From Vicingaceae bacterium (lineage in GTDB: Bacteria; Bacteroidota; Bacteroidia; Flavobacteriales_E; Vicingaceae): a stretch of DNA of 24,000 bases. The stretch is from NCBI GenBank assembly GCA_965267425.1, contig OZ253959.1, positions 3,137,836 through 3,161,835 of the forward strand, read 5' to 3'. The position numbers were made by a program, and so were the translations under genes. Below, piece after piece: positions 14,974-24,000 of this stretch; the stretch's first letter is position 1; each line of letters opens with the position of its first letter. A model generated the notes under the pieces. It had not been told where the DNA came from. It made no database searches and worked only from the letters and a program-made list of their open reading frames with translations.

Positions 14974-17025
14974 ATGAAATACTTCTACGGTCTTATAATC
15001 CTGTTTTCTTCTGCGATTGTTTTGGGTCAAACACGTATTGATTCTTCATTTGCGTTTGGAACCAATCCGGCAAAAAAATATTCAATTTACATCCCCAGCA
15101 ATTATAATGCTGGTGTTCCAAATGAGCTCATGGTGGGATTTCACCCATTTAATGTCTCTGTTTGGGATGCAGAAGCTTGGTGTGACACGCTCATCCAATT
15201 CAGTGAATCAAACGATTTAATCTTGGTATGTCCGGATGGAGGTACGAATGGTAATATTACTGATGCCATAGATTACGGCTTTACCACTGCATTGTTGGAT
15301 TCCATGAAACTATGGTATTCCATTGATACGAATCGAATATATGCCATGGGGTTTTCAATGGGCGGAGTAGCAACTTATGAATATGGCCTTCAATTTCCGG
15401 AAGTTTTTGGAGGATATTTACCTATTGGCGCTGCCATCAATGGCACTGGTTCCTTCAGCTCTGATCTGCCAAATTCGGGACAAAAACCGTTTTATTTGGT
15501 ACATGGGGCTAATGATGCACCAAACACCCGATATTGGCCTGCAATTAATGGATTAAACGCAAATTGTGCCATAGTCAATAGCATGTTGATGACTGGTGTT
15601 GGGCATACCATTAATTTCCCTAATCGAAATCAAATTTTATCAGATGCATACCAATGGATTGATTCAGTAAATGTTACACCAAGAAGTGGAGGGTTTAACT
15701 TAATCAGTCCGATTTCCTTTTCTTCACTTGATGTGAAAGGGTTTTCTAATCTGGAAACCGTATTGACATGGGAATCAAATTCCATAGCAGATACTTGTGG
15801 CGTTATGAAATATGAATTCATGTTGGACGTTTCCAATGGATCATTTACTCCACCAATCTATACCAGATTAAGTGATAACAATGGCGAAGACACAACGCTC
15901 ACTTTTACCAATCACGAATTGGACAGCCTGTTAAATTCATTTGGTGTTCTTCCTGGAGCTTCCATCACCCTTAAATGGGCCGTTCGTTCTAATTTATTTA
16001 ATCAATGGTATGACACGGCAAAAGCTTTTATCATTACAGTAAACCGAGGAACCGTGGGTTTTAAAAGTACTGACCCTTTTGACAGTGCAAGAGAAACTTT
16101 GGTTCAAGATGCAACACTGCGTTTTGAATGGACTGCGATGAATCATTCGGCTCCTGTGACTTATGCACTTGAAATTGATTCTGTTGGTGCTGATTTTGCT
16201 TCTCCAATTGTCACCTATGTACCTGCCAATGGCGCCTTAAATAATTTCGTTGTCGCTGAACATGAACAATTATATTATGACTTTCTCATGCCCGACAATG
16301 CAGTTCAGGGAGATTCCATTATGTTGTCATGGCGGGCTGTGGCAATGGAAGGTACACATATAGAATATTCCAATCCAAGAACACTAACGCTAATAAAAGA
16401 CTCCGTTGGAGTATCCCTAAAGTTTCCACTTAGCGAATCTGAATTGATCAGCCAATCAGGTTTTGATTATTCGTTCACTTGGGACAGTGTAGGTGTTGCC
16501 AATATTACTTATGAATTTTTGATAGATACCACTCTTGCCGGATTGACAGGATCTCCCAAGTCCTACCAATCTGACAATGGAGGAAACGATGCTCAGATCT
16601 TTATTCCATATGAACGTATGGATTCTATTGCTCATCATTTTGGGATTAACTATACGGACACCTTAAAGGCCTACTGGACTGTAAAAGTTACTCACCCCAA
16701 TGGATTTGAGTATGCACTTGAACCTTTTTTGGTGTATGTTCACCGCGATGTGCCTATTGGAATTGAGCAAGTATTCACTCAGGAAAACATTGCTGTGTTT
16801 CCAAATCCTTCCAAAGATCAGGTTACACTTCAATTTGAACCCTTGAGTGAAGCGGGAATTCTAAGAATTCTTGATGCTGAAGGAAAACTCGTTTTCCTGT
16901 CGAATCTAAACAAAACTCAACAGCGTGTTGAATTGGATATTCATTCCTGGGAACCTGGTATTTATCAGGTTCAATTCCAGTCTGGAAAATCAATGATTCA
17001 CAGCCGAATAGTAAAGGTTGAGTAA
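14974..17025 (+). CDS. Secreted alpha/beta-hydrolase (carboxylesterase / PHB-depolymerase-like) with three internal ~115-aa repeats and a T9SS type A C-terminal sorting domain
   Basis: It has a signal peptide (MKYFYGLIILFSSAIVLGQ) from ATG 14974. The nucleophile elbow is GFSMGG, with a candidate Asp in HGANDA and His in GVGHT. The C-terminal ~75 aa (VFPNPSKDQVTLQF...ILDAEGKLVF...GIYQVQFQSG...SRIVKVE) show the Por/T9SS type A CTD pattern (TIGR04183-like). Confidence 0.8.
   Translation: MKYFYGLIILFSSAIVLGQTRIDSSFAFGTNPAKKYSIYIPSNYNAGVPNELMVGFHPFNVSVWDAEAWCDTLIQFSESNDLILVCPDGGTNGNITDAIDYGFTTALLDSMKLWYSIDTNRIYAMGFSMGGVATYEYGLQFPEVFGGYLPIGAAINGTGSFSSDLPNSGQKPFYLVHGANDAPNTRYWPAINGLNANCAIVNSMLMTGVGHTINFPNRNQILSDAYQWIDSVNVTPRSGGFNLISPISFSSLDVKGFSNLETVLTWESNSIADTCGVMKYEFMLDVSNGSFTPPIYTRLSDNNGEDTTLTFTNHELDSLLNSFGVLPGASITLKWAVRSNLFNQWYDTAKAFIITVNRGTVGFKSTDPFDSARETLVQDATLRFEWTAMNHSAPVTYALEIDSVGADFASPIVTYVPANGALNNFVVAEHEQLYYDFLMPDNAVQGDSIMLSWRAVAMEGTHIEYSNPRTLTLIKDSVGVSLKFPLSESELISQSGFDYSFTWDSVGVANITYEFLIDTTLAGLTGSPKSYQSDNGGNDAQIFIPYERMDSIAHHFGINYTDTLKAYWTVKVTHPNGFEYALEPFLVYVHRDVPIGIEQVFTQENIAVFPNPSKDQVTLQFEPLSEAGILRILDAEGKLVFLSNLNKTQQRVELDIHSWEPGIYQVQFQSGKSMIHSRIVKVE
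15691..16746 (+). repeat. Three tandem ~112-122-aa protein-level repeats in the hydrolase (about 15691-16056, 16057-16410, 16411-16746)
   Basis: Each unit has [FL]xW[ET/DS].. followed by [YT]Y[EA][FL].[LI]D, then a loosely conserved middle, then L.[WS][AR/TV][VK]. The repeats are diverged and were recognised by eye only. Confidence 0.55.
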
Positions 17026-17361
17026 CTATAAAATTTTATTCAGCATTAATATGAGCTCCTGTTCAAGAGGGTTGAAATCGTCATGTTCCAATTTAAAAAT
17101 TTGACGCATTTTGGCGATTACCTCTTCTTTTGACTCATACTGATCTTTAAATTTTGCAAATAGTCCTTGCAAGGTTTCAATGTGATCTATATCATTCTGC
17201 GCACTAAAGATTTCATTGATTTTATCAAATTCATCTTGTCCCAATAAGGAAACAATATGGGCTTTTTCTTTTTCAGTAATGGTGAAATCTGCTGATGCTG
17301 CATAGATCATCAGGTACGCAAGAAAATCATCATGCGTGCAGCTTTCTATCGAAAATGACAT
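17026..17361 (-). CDS. Hypothetical small acidic helical protein (possibly TerB-like fold)
   Basis: This 111-aa ORF lies 16 nt downstream of the bacilliredoxin gene on the same strand. The pattern LAYLMIYAASADFTITEKEKAHIVSLL resembles TerB/DjlA-N-type helical domains. The assignment is tentative. Confidence 0.55.
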   Translation of the reverse strand: MSFSIESCTHDDFLAYLMIYAASADFTITEKEKAHIVSLLGQDEFDKINEIFSAQNDIDHIETLQGLFAKFKDQYESKEEVIAKMRQIFKLEHDDFNPLEQELILMLNKIL

Positions 17362-17377
17362 GAGGGTAAATTAAAAG

Positions 17378-17791
17378 TTAGCAATACTCGTTAAATGCTG
17401 CTTTCAAATTATCCGATACCATGTCTGCCGTACTTCCTTCAATGTGATGACGCTCAATGAAATGAACCAACTTTCCATCTTTAAACAGCCCAATGGCGGG
17501 AGAAGATGGAGGGTAAGGCAACATGTATTTTCTTGCTTGTTCCGTAGCTTCAGTATCAACACCTGCAAATACAGTCGTCAATTTTCCTGGAACCTTATCA
17601 TTGCTAAGTGAATTTAAGACAGCTGGTCGAGCGCTGCCCGCAGCACATCCGCAAACAGAATTGACAACTACAAGTACAGTACCGTTATCCGGATTCATCA
17701 TCTCATCAACTTCTGACGCATTGGTCAATTCACTGAATCCTACTGACGTAAGCTCCTCTTTCATTGGAGCAACTAATTCTGGTGGGTACAT
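17378..17791 (-). CDS. BrxA/BrxB (YphP/YqiW, DUF1094) family bacilliredoxin
   Basis: It has the family-typical N-terminus MYPPELVAPMKEELT and the CGC redox motif VVNSVCGCAAGSARP (codons on the + strand at 17645-17653). Confidence 0.85.
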   Translation of the reverse strand: MYPPELVAPMKEELTSVGFSELTNASEVDEMMNPDNGTVLVVVNSVCGCAAGSARPAVLNSLSNDKVPGKLTTVFAGVDTEATEQARKYMLPYPPSSPAIGLFKDGKLVHFIERHHIEGSTADMVSDNLKAAFNEYC

Positions 17792-17819
17792 CTGATTTAT
17801 CGTTTAGGTTATGTTCGCA

Positions 17820-17827
17820 CAAAAATA
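17820..17827 (-). promoter_or_regulatory. Candidate -7 box TAttTTTG upstream of the bacilliredoxin gene
   Basis: The + strand reads CAAAAATA at 17820-17827, which is TATTTTTG on the minus strand, 29 nt upstream of ATG 17791. Confidence 0.35.
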
Positions 17828-17845
17828 CGCAATCTTTAAATCCAT

Positions 17846-18301
17846 TTATCTTTTGGCTTCAAAGAATCGTTTCATCAATTCACCGCATTCTTCTTTCAAA
17901 ACACCCCCTTTAACTATCGTTTTTGGGTGCAATGCGTGCTTATCCGTAAATTTTCTATATCCCCTTTTGGGATCTGGCGCGCCATAGACAACACGGCCAA
18001 TTCTTGTCCAGTAAGCAGCACCGGCGCACATCATACAGGGTTCCAATGTCACATACAAGGAGCATTCTTGTAAAAACTTCCCTCCCAAATAATCTGACGC
18101 TGCTGTAAAAGCCTGCATTTCAGCATGAGCTGTAACATCTGTTAACCGTTCAGTTAAATTATGGGCCCTGGCAATGATTTGATCATCACAAACAATCACA
18201 GCACCCACCGGCACCTCATCCAATTCAAAGGCCTTAACCGCTTCTTTGAGCGCTTCTTTCATATAAGCTTCTTCACTTTTTCCTTTGATCATTGAAAGCA
18301 T
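17846..18301 (-). CDS. tadA: tRNA adenosine(34) deaminase
   Basis: It has the CDA-fold zinc motifs HAEMQA and PCMMCAGA and is ~150 aa, which is typical of TadA. The start could alternatively be M4. Confidence 0.9.
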   Translation of the reverse strand: MLSMIKGKSEEAYMKEALKEAVKAFELDEVPVGAVIVCDDQIIARAHNLTERLTDVTAHAEMQAFTAASDYLGGKFLQECSLYVTLEPCMMCAGAAYWTRIGRVVYGAPDPKRGYRKFTDKHALHPKTIVKGGVLKEECGELMKRFFEAKR

Positions 18302-18343
18302 TTTTCATCCTGTAAATATATCTTATTACATTTAACACATTAG

Positions 18344-19087
18344 ATGGCGCGCATCTTATTCTTTTGTTTGATTATTACATTGTTTGCAGGTATTTCAAAG
18401 AGTCAGGATTTACCCGTGGCATCTCCTTTGGCCTCAGATAAAGGTATCGCTCTGAGGTTTTCAATTGGTTCCGCCAATACCCATTGGCATCATGCATTTC
18501 CTGACAATTATCCATTGGACAGTTTGGGCATACAAACAGATGATGGTGTGACTTTTTACAACAAGGGAACGGAGAATCATTTTTTGTTCGAATTTTTATT
18601 TACCAGACGTTGGGGAAATATGGGGCTGGGATTCAGAGCAAGCCGCATGCGAATAGATTCACTTGAAGAAGTGGTCAATGATACAACTTTGAAGTTCAGC
18701 TACGTTGAAGATTCCTATGATTTTAATCGAATTTATCTCACTTATATTTCACCCTATTTCATAGAAGATAAAGAGAACAAAATTAAAATTGCGGCACAAG
18801 CCAATCTGGGTACATTCATCATTTCTCCTTTTACTCCAGGCCTGGTTGCCAGGGGTAATCTTACCACTTCAATAGGCCCGGTAATTGACATTGAACTTAC
18901 CCAACATGCCGATATTTATTTCTTATTCAATTATGAATTTCGATACTTCAATAACCAAACCAATGAAAACAATGTAGTTTTCCAGTTTGACAATTTTATG
19001 CATACGCTCGCATTCAGTTTTGGAGTCCATTTTAAACTTTTCCAAAACCAACCAGTAGCTCCTAAAAAGGACAAGCGTTTTAATTAG
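18344..19087 (+). CDS. Hypothetical secreted protein, possible outer-membrane beta-barrel
   Basis: It has a signal peptide (MARILFFCLIITLFAGISKSQ) and alternating hydrophobic beta-strand-like segments with aromatic-rich strand ends (..FSFGVHFKLF). I recognise no family. Confidence 0.6.
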   Translation: MARILFFCLIITLFAGISKSQDLPVASPLASDKGIALRFSIGSANTHWHHAFPDNYPLDSLGIQTDDGVTFYNKGTENHFLFEFLFTRRWGNMGLGFRASRMRIDSLEEVVNDTTLKFSYVEDSYDFNRIYLTYISPYFIEDKENKIKIAAQANLGTFIISPFTPGLVARGNLTTSIGPVIDIELTQHADIYFLFNYEFRYFNNQTNENNVVFQFDNFMHTLAFSFGVHFKLFQNQPVAPKKDKRFN

Positions 19088-19107
19088 TCATAATGTGCTA
19101 GTTTTTC

Positions 19108-19115
19108 TACTTTTG
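19108..19115 (+). promoter_or_regulatory. Candidate -7 box TActTTTG upstream of aspS
   Basis: It is an exact TAnnTTTG match, 14 nt before ATG 19129. Confidence 0.4.
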
Positions 19116-19128
19116 CACATCATTTAAA

Positions 19129-20883
19129 ATGCCATATAACATGTACAGAACGCATACATGCGGTCAATTGAACATCGCGGATAAAGGAACGGAAGTTGAA
19201 CTCTGTGGTTGGGTTCAAAAATCAAGAGATTTGGGAGGAATGACCTTTATCGATCTGCGTGATAGATATGGCATTACTCAGTTGGTTTTTAATATGGAAA
19301 TCAACGAAAATCTTTGTTTGCAAGCCAGAAAATTGGGGCGTGAGTATGTGATCAAAATCAAAGGTCAGGTAGCTGAAAGAGAAAGTAAAAACAAGCATCT
19401 GGCCACCGGTGAAATTGAAATTATGGTTTCTTCACTTGATGTATTGACCTCTTCGGAATTACCTCCTTTTACAATTGAAGAAAATACAGATGGTGGAGAG
19501 GAATTGAGAATGAAGTACCGATACCTTGATTTGAGAAGAACTCCATTGCAAAACAATTTGAAACTTCGTCATAATCTTGTCAAAGGAATTCGTAATTATC
19601 TGGATGGGCAGGGATTTTTGGAAATCGAAACCCCGTATTTGATCAAATCTACTCCAGAAGGAGCAAGAGATTTCATAGTTCCGTCAAGAATTCATGAAGG
19701 TGAATTTTATGCCCTGCCACAGTCGCCGCAGACTTTTAAGCAATTACTGATGGTCTCTGGTTACGACAAATATTTTCAGGTGGTAAAATGTTTTAGAGAT
19801 GAAGATTTAAGAGCAGATCGTCAACCGGAATTTACACAGATTGATTGTGAAATGTCCTTTGTTGAACGCAATGATGTGTTGGACACTTTTGAAGGGCTCA
19901 TCAAGTTTCTGTTTAAAGAAGTAAAAAATATAGATCTCCCTGATTTTCCGGTAATGAGTTATCAAGAAGCCATGGAAAATTACGGATCGGACAAGCCGGA
20001 TATCCGCTTTGAAATGAAAATTAAAGACCTGTCCGATTTATCAAAAGGCAAGGGGTTTAACGTGTTTGATGGGGCGGAATACATAGGTGGAATTTGCGTC
20101 AAAGGAGCTGGAAATTACAGTCGAAAACAATTGGACTCACTTACGGACTTTGTAAAAAAACCTCAGATCGGGGCCAAAGGATTGGTTTATGTGAAGTACA
20201 ATGAAGATGGAAGCTTCAAATCATCCGTAGACAAATTTTTTGGTGCAGATGACTTTTCCGAATGGTTTAATGCATTTGGAGGAGAAACGGGTGACCTGTT
20301 GCTGATGATTAGCGGTGATAAACCCCATAGTTTACAGGTATTAAATGAGTTACGATTGGAGATGGCCAAACAAATGGAATTGATTCAGCCAGGAGATTTC
20401 AAACCACTTTGGGTAGTCGATTTTCCTTTGTTGGAATGGGATGAAGATTCCAAACGATTTCATGCCATGCATCATCCATTTACTTCTCCCAAAGAAGAAG
20501 ATAAGTCAAATATGGAAGACCATCCAGGTGATATACGAGCAAACGCATATGATTTGGTCATCAATGGAATGGAAATCGGAGGAGGCTCTATTCGTATTCA
20601 CGATAGAAAGTTGCAGGAAAAGATGTTTGACCTACTTGGTTTCACCAAAGAAGAAGCGCAAGAACAATTTGGATTCTTGATGGATGCTTTCACATATGGT
20701 GCTCCACCCCATGGAGGTATCGCTCTTGGGTTTGATAGATTGTGTGCCATATTTGGAGAAAGTGATTCAATCCGTGATTTTATCGCCTTTCCTAAAAACA
20801 ATGCTGCCAGGGATGTAATGATAGATGCTCCTGCCAGTGTTGATCGTAATCAGCTGGATGAATTGGGCATCGTCAAGAAGTAA
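19129..20883 (+). CDS. aspS: Aspartate--tRNA ligase (bacterial type)
   Basis: It has [31 protein letters not shown], class II motifs ([36 protein letters not shown]) and a GAD insertion domain. The start is ATG 19129 or M5 at 19141. Confidence 0.95.
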   Translation: MPYNMYRTHTCGQLNIADKGTEVELCGWVQKSRDLGGMTFIDLRDRYGITQLVFNMEINENLCLQARKLGREYVIKIKGQVAERESKNKHLATGEIEIMVSSLDVLTSSELPPFTIEENTDGGEELRMKYRYLDLRRTPLQNNLKLRHNLVKGIRNYLDGQGFLEIETPYLIKSTPEGARDFIVPSRIHEGEFYALPQSPQTFKQLLMVSGYDKYFQVVKCFRDEDLRADRQPEFTQIDCEMSFVERNDVLDTFEGLIKFLFKEVKNIDLPDFPVMSYQEAMENYGSDKPDIRFEMKIKDLSDLSKGKGFNVFDGAEYIGGICVKGAGNYSRKQLDSLTDFVKKPQIGAKGLVYVKYNEDGSFKSSVDKFFGADDFSEWFNAFGGETGDLLLMISGDKPHSLQVLNELRLEMAKQMELIQPGDFKPLWVVDFPLLEWDEDSKRFHAMHHPFTSPKEEDKSNMEDHPGDIRANAYDLVINGMEIGGGSIRIHDRKLQEKMFDLLGFTKEEAQEQFGFLMDAFTYGAPPHGGIALGFDRLCAIFGESDSIRDFIAFPKNNAARDVMIDAPASVDRNQLDELGIVKK

Positions 20884-22102
20884 CACTTGTAGACGTCAAG
20901 TTTGATTTGGATATCAATATTCTTATTGGAAAGTAAGAAGCTATTAGTCCAATGACAAATACCATGGTAAAAATGGCTACAAAATCAAGCCATTGCATTC
21001 TAACAGGATAAAATTCCACAATGCCTCCCTCCAATCGAACGAGGCCGTAATGTTGCTGTATCAAGCATAAGGCCACCCCAAGAATTACCCCTATCATTAC
21101 TCCAATGAAATTGATCATAAGTCCTTCGTAGAGAAAAATGCGAAAGATGCTCTTGTCCGAAGCTCCCAAAGCGCTCAATATCTTGGTATCTTCTTTTTTG
21201 TCAATGATCAGCATGGTCAACGAACCCACAATGTTAAATGCCGCTATCAATAAAATAAACCCAAGAATAAGCACGGTAATCCACTTTTCGGTTTGATTCG
21301 TTTTATAGATGATTTCGTTGAGTTGGAATTGCGTGCGAACTACAAAATTGTCTCCCAGTTTTTCCTTGGCCATTGACGCAAAATCATCCAGTGAAACCTT
21401 GTTTTTTAGCTTAATCTCCAAAGCAGATACCATCTTTTCATGATCAAACAATTTCCTTGAAAATTCAATGGGTACAATGATGTATTTTCCATCAAAATCA
21501 GGGTTGATCATAAAAATTCCTGAAGGGGTGATGGGTTGGATTTTAAACGCTTTGGAAGGATCTATGTTAACGGAATTGGTTTTTTTTGGCGCGTACATAT
21601 TGATGGGATCAATGGATCTGCCCACATACAGGGAAAGATTATGTGCAATTCCATATCCAACAATGGCCATATCAGCCCCTCCTCTTTGCAGTTCAGCTTT
21701 CCCATCAACCATAATACTGTCCAGGTTACTCATGGACAAAAAGGATTCCTGCACTCCTTTAATTTTTGCAGGAGATTGTTTTCCATCATAACTCAACAAT
21801 GCCAAATCCTCCAGTACCTCTGAATATTCGAGAATGTCATCCGATGCCAGTAATTCTTCTATGGCCGTTTGATTGGGATCATAATACTTTCCTTTTGCCG
21901 GAGTAATACTAATGTCCGGATCAAATGAATCGTACATGGATTCCACAATTTCCTGCAAGCCATTAAATGCGGACAAAATAATGACCAATGCAAAAGAAAC
22001 AAGTGCAATGCTAATGATGGAAATCCATGAAATGATGTTGATTACATTCCATGATTTTTTGGAAGTCAAATACCTGCCAGAAACAAATAATGGGAAATTC
22101 AA
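20873..22102 (-). CDS. LolC/LolE-type FtsX-family ABC transporter permease
   Basis: The N-terminus [16 protein letters not shown] is followed by TM1, a large periplasmic loop, and three C-terminal TM helices (FtsX domain: [13 protein letters not shown]...). It is ~409 aa. Confidence 0.85.
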   Translation of the reverse strand: MNFPLFVSGRYLTSKKSWNVINIISWISIISIALVSFALVIILSAFNGLQEIVESMYDSFDPDISITPAKGKYYDPNQTAIEELLASDDILEYSEVLEDLALLSYDGKQSPAKIKGVQESFLSMSNLDSIMVDGKAELQRGGADMAIVGYGIAHNLSLYVGRSIDPINMYAPKKTNSVNIDPSKAFKIQPITPSGIFMINPDFDGKYIIVPIEFSRKLFDHEKMVSALEIKLKNKVSLDDFASMAKEKLGDNFVVRTQFQLNEIIYKTNQTEKWITVLILGFILLIAAFNIVGSLTMLIIDKKEDTKILSALGASDKSIFRIFLYEGLMINFIGVMIGVILGVALCLIQQHYGLVRLEGGIVEFYPVRMQWLDFVAIFTMVFVIGLIASYFPIRILISKSNLTSTSVTS

Positions 22103-22138
22103 AATCTCGAAACTTTCGTCAGGTTGTTGGATTTAAGG

Positions 22139-22477
22139 TCACTTCTTCAAAAGAGATTCTATTTCATCAACGTAATCCAGGGAATCATCAACAAAAAATT
22201 GCAATTCCGGAATATGTCTCAATTGATTGTGCGTGTAGTTGCCAAATCTTCTACGAATATCGCCTCCCATTTTTCTCACCTCTTCAATAACTTCTTTCGG
22301 TTCACCTGACCCAAAAATACTGAGGTATACTTTTGCCAAGCCTAAATCAGGGGTGATGCGCACTTTCGTAACAGTGATCATGCTACCTGCAAATAAATTT
22401 CTCAAGTCATTCTGAAATATTCCACCCAATTCTTTCTGAACCAGCCGAGCGACTTTTTGCTGACGAATAGACTCCAT
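22139..22477 (-). CDS. rbfA: Ribosome-binding factor A
   Basis: It carries MESIRQQKVARLVQKELGGIF...ITVTKVRITPDLGLAKVYLS, typical of RbfA. The track ORF starts at a TTG (22495) that overlaps a predicted -7 box, so I prefer ATG 22477. Confidence 0.85.
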   Translation of the reverse strand: MESIRQQKVARLVQKELGGIFQNDLRNLFAGSMITVTKVRITPDLGLAKVYLSIFGSGEPKEVIEEVRKMGGDIRRRFGNYTHNQLRHIPELQFFVDDSLDYVDEIESLLKK

Positions 22478-22492
22478 GATTGGTAATTTAGA

Positions 22493-22500
22493 CAAAACTA
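22493..22500 (-). promoter_or_regulatory. Candidate -7 box TAgtTTTG upstream of rbfA
   Basis: The + strand reads CAAAACTA at 22493-22500, which is TAGTTTTG on the minus strand, 16 nt upstream of ATG 22477. Confidence 0.4.
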
Positions 22501-22535
22501 CGCTTAAAATGAATTTCAGCCCGTATTATTTCCTG

Positions 22536-22543
22536 TATATTTG
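22536..22543 (+). promoter_or_regulatory. Candidate -7 box TAtaTTTG upstream of the ABC exporter gene
   Basis: It is an exact TAnnTTTG match, 33 nt before ATG 22576. It is arranged back-to-back with the rbfA box. Confidence 0.4.
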
Positions 22544-22575
22544 CCGCGCAATCCAATTCATTGGATTTTCAAGGA

Positions 22576-24000
22576 ATGAAGGCCCTCAAGAAAATATTGT
22601 CGTATGTCAAAGGGTACAAAAGTTATGGGCTTTTGGCTGCACTGTTTTACTTACTGGATTCTATATTTAACCTTGCCTCCCTCATTATTTTTATTCCACT
22701 TCTTGATCTGCTATTCACCAAAAATGTCTCATATAATCTGACCAAACCGGATTTTGAACTGAGTAAAAAATTCTTCACAGACAGCTTTGATTACTACATG
22801 AGTTCGTATTTGAGCAGTGAAGATGATAAAATTGGGGCACTGATCTTCATTTGTTTGGTGGTAGGTGTATTGTTCTTTCTCAAAAATTTTTCGAGATACT
22901 TTGCCAAGTTTTTTCTTGCCAAATTAAGGAGTGGTGTGGTTCGAGATATTCGAATTTCATTGTTTGGCAAACTGTTGGTTTTACCCATCTCCTTCTACAG
23001 TGAAAAACGAAAAGGAGATATAACAACCCGTCTGACAGGAGATATTCAGGAGATAGAATGGTCCATTATGAATTCTTTGGAAATGATTTTCCGAGAACCT
23101 GCGTTGATTGTCTTGACGTTTGTGATGCTTTTAATTATCAGTGTAAAATTGACCTTGTTCGCTATCTTTTTCCTTCCTGTAAGTGGAATTATCATTGGAC
23201 GAGTGGGAAAAAGTTTGAAGAAAACTTCTGATAGCATGCAGCATAAATCAGGACTGATTATGAGTGCCGTGGATGAAACCATTGGTGGCCTTAGAATTGT
23301 GAAAGCATTTAACGCTGAAGGAAGAGTTTACAAGAAATTTGAAGAGCTGAATAATAGCTTCCGAAAAACCATGTCTCACATGCTTTACCGAAGAGAGTTG
23401 GCGTCTCCTATGAGTGAATTTCTTGGTGCGTTGGTCATGATAACCTTAGCATGGTACGGTGGAAGTATTGTTCTTGAAAACCAAATGCGTGAAATCCCGG
23501 ACCCAAATATCATGACAGGATCACAGTTCATTGGTTATATCATTATGTTTTCACAATTGATCAGTCCCATTAAATCGTTGACCACATCGTATTACAATTT
23601 GCAAAAAGGTGCGGCGTCTGTAGATAGAATCAACGAAATTCTGAACACTGAAAATTCAATTAGCAATAAACCAGACGCCAAGGACATAAAAACATTTAAT
23701 GACGGCATACATTACAAGGATGTGTCATTTGCATACAATGAAGACAAGCAAGTTTTGGGAGGCATTGATCTTGAGGTGAAAAAAGGGAAAATTGTTGCTC
23801 TTGTCGGACCTTCCGGAGGCGGCAAATCCACAATGGTTGATTTGCTCCCACGTTTTTATGATGTGGTTAAAGGAGAATTGATCATTGATGGACATTCTGT
23901 AAAAGACTACAAACTAGATGATTTGCGAGGTCTGATGGGCGTGGTCACACAGGAATCCATTCTTTTCAATGATACAGTTCACAATAATATCGCATTTGGT
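22576..24000 (+). CDS. ABC exporter, fused permease/ATPase (MsbA-like); the 3' end lies outside the window
   Basis: This ORF is not in the supplied track because it runs off the window. It is in frame 1 from ATG 22576 (MKALKKILSYVKGYK...) and stays open to nt 24000. It has a six-TM ABC exporter domain followed by Walker A GPSGGGKST (about 23809-23835). Confidence 0.9.
   Translation, partial: MKALKKILSYVKGYKSYGLLAALFYLLDSIFNLASLIIFIPLLDLLFTKNVSYNLTKPDFELSKKFFTDSFDYYMSSYLSSEDDKIGALIFICLVVGVLFFLKNFSRYFAKFFLAKLRSGVVRDIRISLFGKLLVLPISFYSEKRKGDITTRLTGDIQEIEWSIMNSLEMIFREPALIVLTFVMLLIISVKLTLFAIFFLPVSGIIIGRVGKSLKKTSDSMQHKSGLIMSAVDETIGGLRIVKAFNAEGRVYKKFEELNNSFRKTMSHMLYRRELASPMSEFLGALVMITLAWYGGSIVLENQMREIPDPNIMTGSQFIGYIIMFSQLISPIKSLTTSYYNLQKGAASVDRINEILNTENSISNKPDAKDIKTFNDGIHYKDVSFAYNEDKQVLGGIDLEVKKGKIVALVGPSGGGKSTMVDLLPRFYDVVKGELIIDGHSVKDYKLDDLRGLMGVVTQESILFNDTVHNNIAFG

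Noticed and set aside
22476-22670. A 64-aa + strand ORF across the rbfA / ABC-exporter intergenic region.
   Set aside because: It overlaps the rbfA start and is out of frame with the well-supported ABC exporter ORF that begins at 22576. It has no motifs.
1-24000. A search for CRISPR arrays, tRNA/rRNA/ncRNA genes, transposases, integrases, toxin-antitoxin pairs, restriction-modification or other defence modules, and long DNA-level repeats.
   Set aside because: No intergenic region exceeds about 100 nt. I saw no direct-repeat/spacer periodicity, no cloverleaf-sized conserved segments and no recombinase or nuclease signatures. The only repeats are diverged protein-level repeats inside surface-protein genes. 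I cannot exclude small RNAs without covariance-model searches.

Overview
This window looks like a densely coded chromosomal segment from an AT-rich Bacteroidota genome (Flavobacteriia/Cytophagia-like). The phylum call rests on type IX secretion (T9SS) type A and type B C-terminal sorting domains, a PorP/SprF gene, and TAnnTTTG -7 promoter boxes. I cannot assign a species. I support 21 protein-coding genes. No intergenic gap exceeds about 100 nt, and I found no tRNA, rRNA, CRISPR array, transposase or integrase. Layout: (1) nt 1-8327 is a T9SS surface-protein locus with a truncated type B CTD repeat protein, a PorP/SprF outer-membrane partner, a small lipoprotein, and a ~1590-aa type B CTD protein built from three tandem ~371-aa modules. 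(2) nt 8328-10285 (minus strand) is a translationally coupled aminotransferase plus omega-amidase (YafV) pair. (3) nt 10386-14917 holds a secreted DUF547 protein followed by a tightly overlapping five-gene arsenosugar-type operon: AhpD-like CxxC protein, radical SAM ArsS, DUF2064/TIGR04282 transferase, a purine nucleoside phosphorylase homologue, and ArsM. (4) nt 14974-17025 is a secreted alpha/beta-hydrolase with a type A CTD. (5) The rest is housekeeping: small TerB-like protein, bacilliredoxin, tadA, a putative OM protein, aspS, a LolE/FtsX permease, rbfA and a truncated MsbA-like ABC exporter. The best candidates for incompletely described biology are the arsenosugar operon and the unassigned ~200-aa Cys-framed domain repeated three times in the giant T9SS cargo. 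In the operon, the embedded PNP homologue carries Asp where human PNP has Asn243, which could supply the uncharacterised adenine-removal step. I saw nothing resembling a defence island or mobile element. All family assignments come from motif recognition by eye, with no database search, and should be confirmed by HMM or structure searches.
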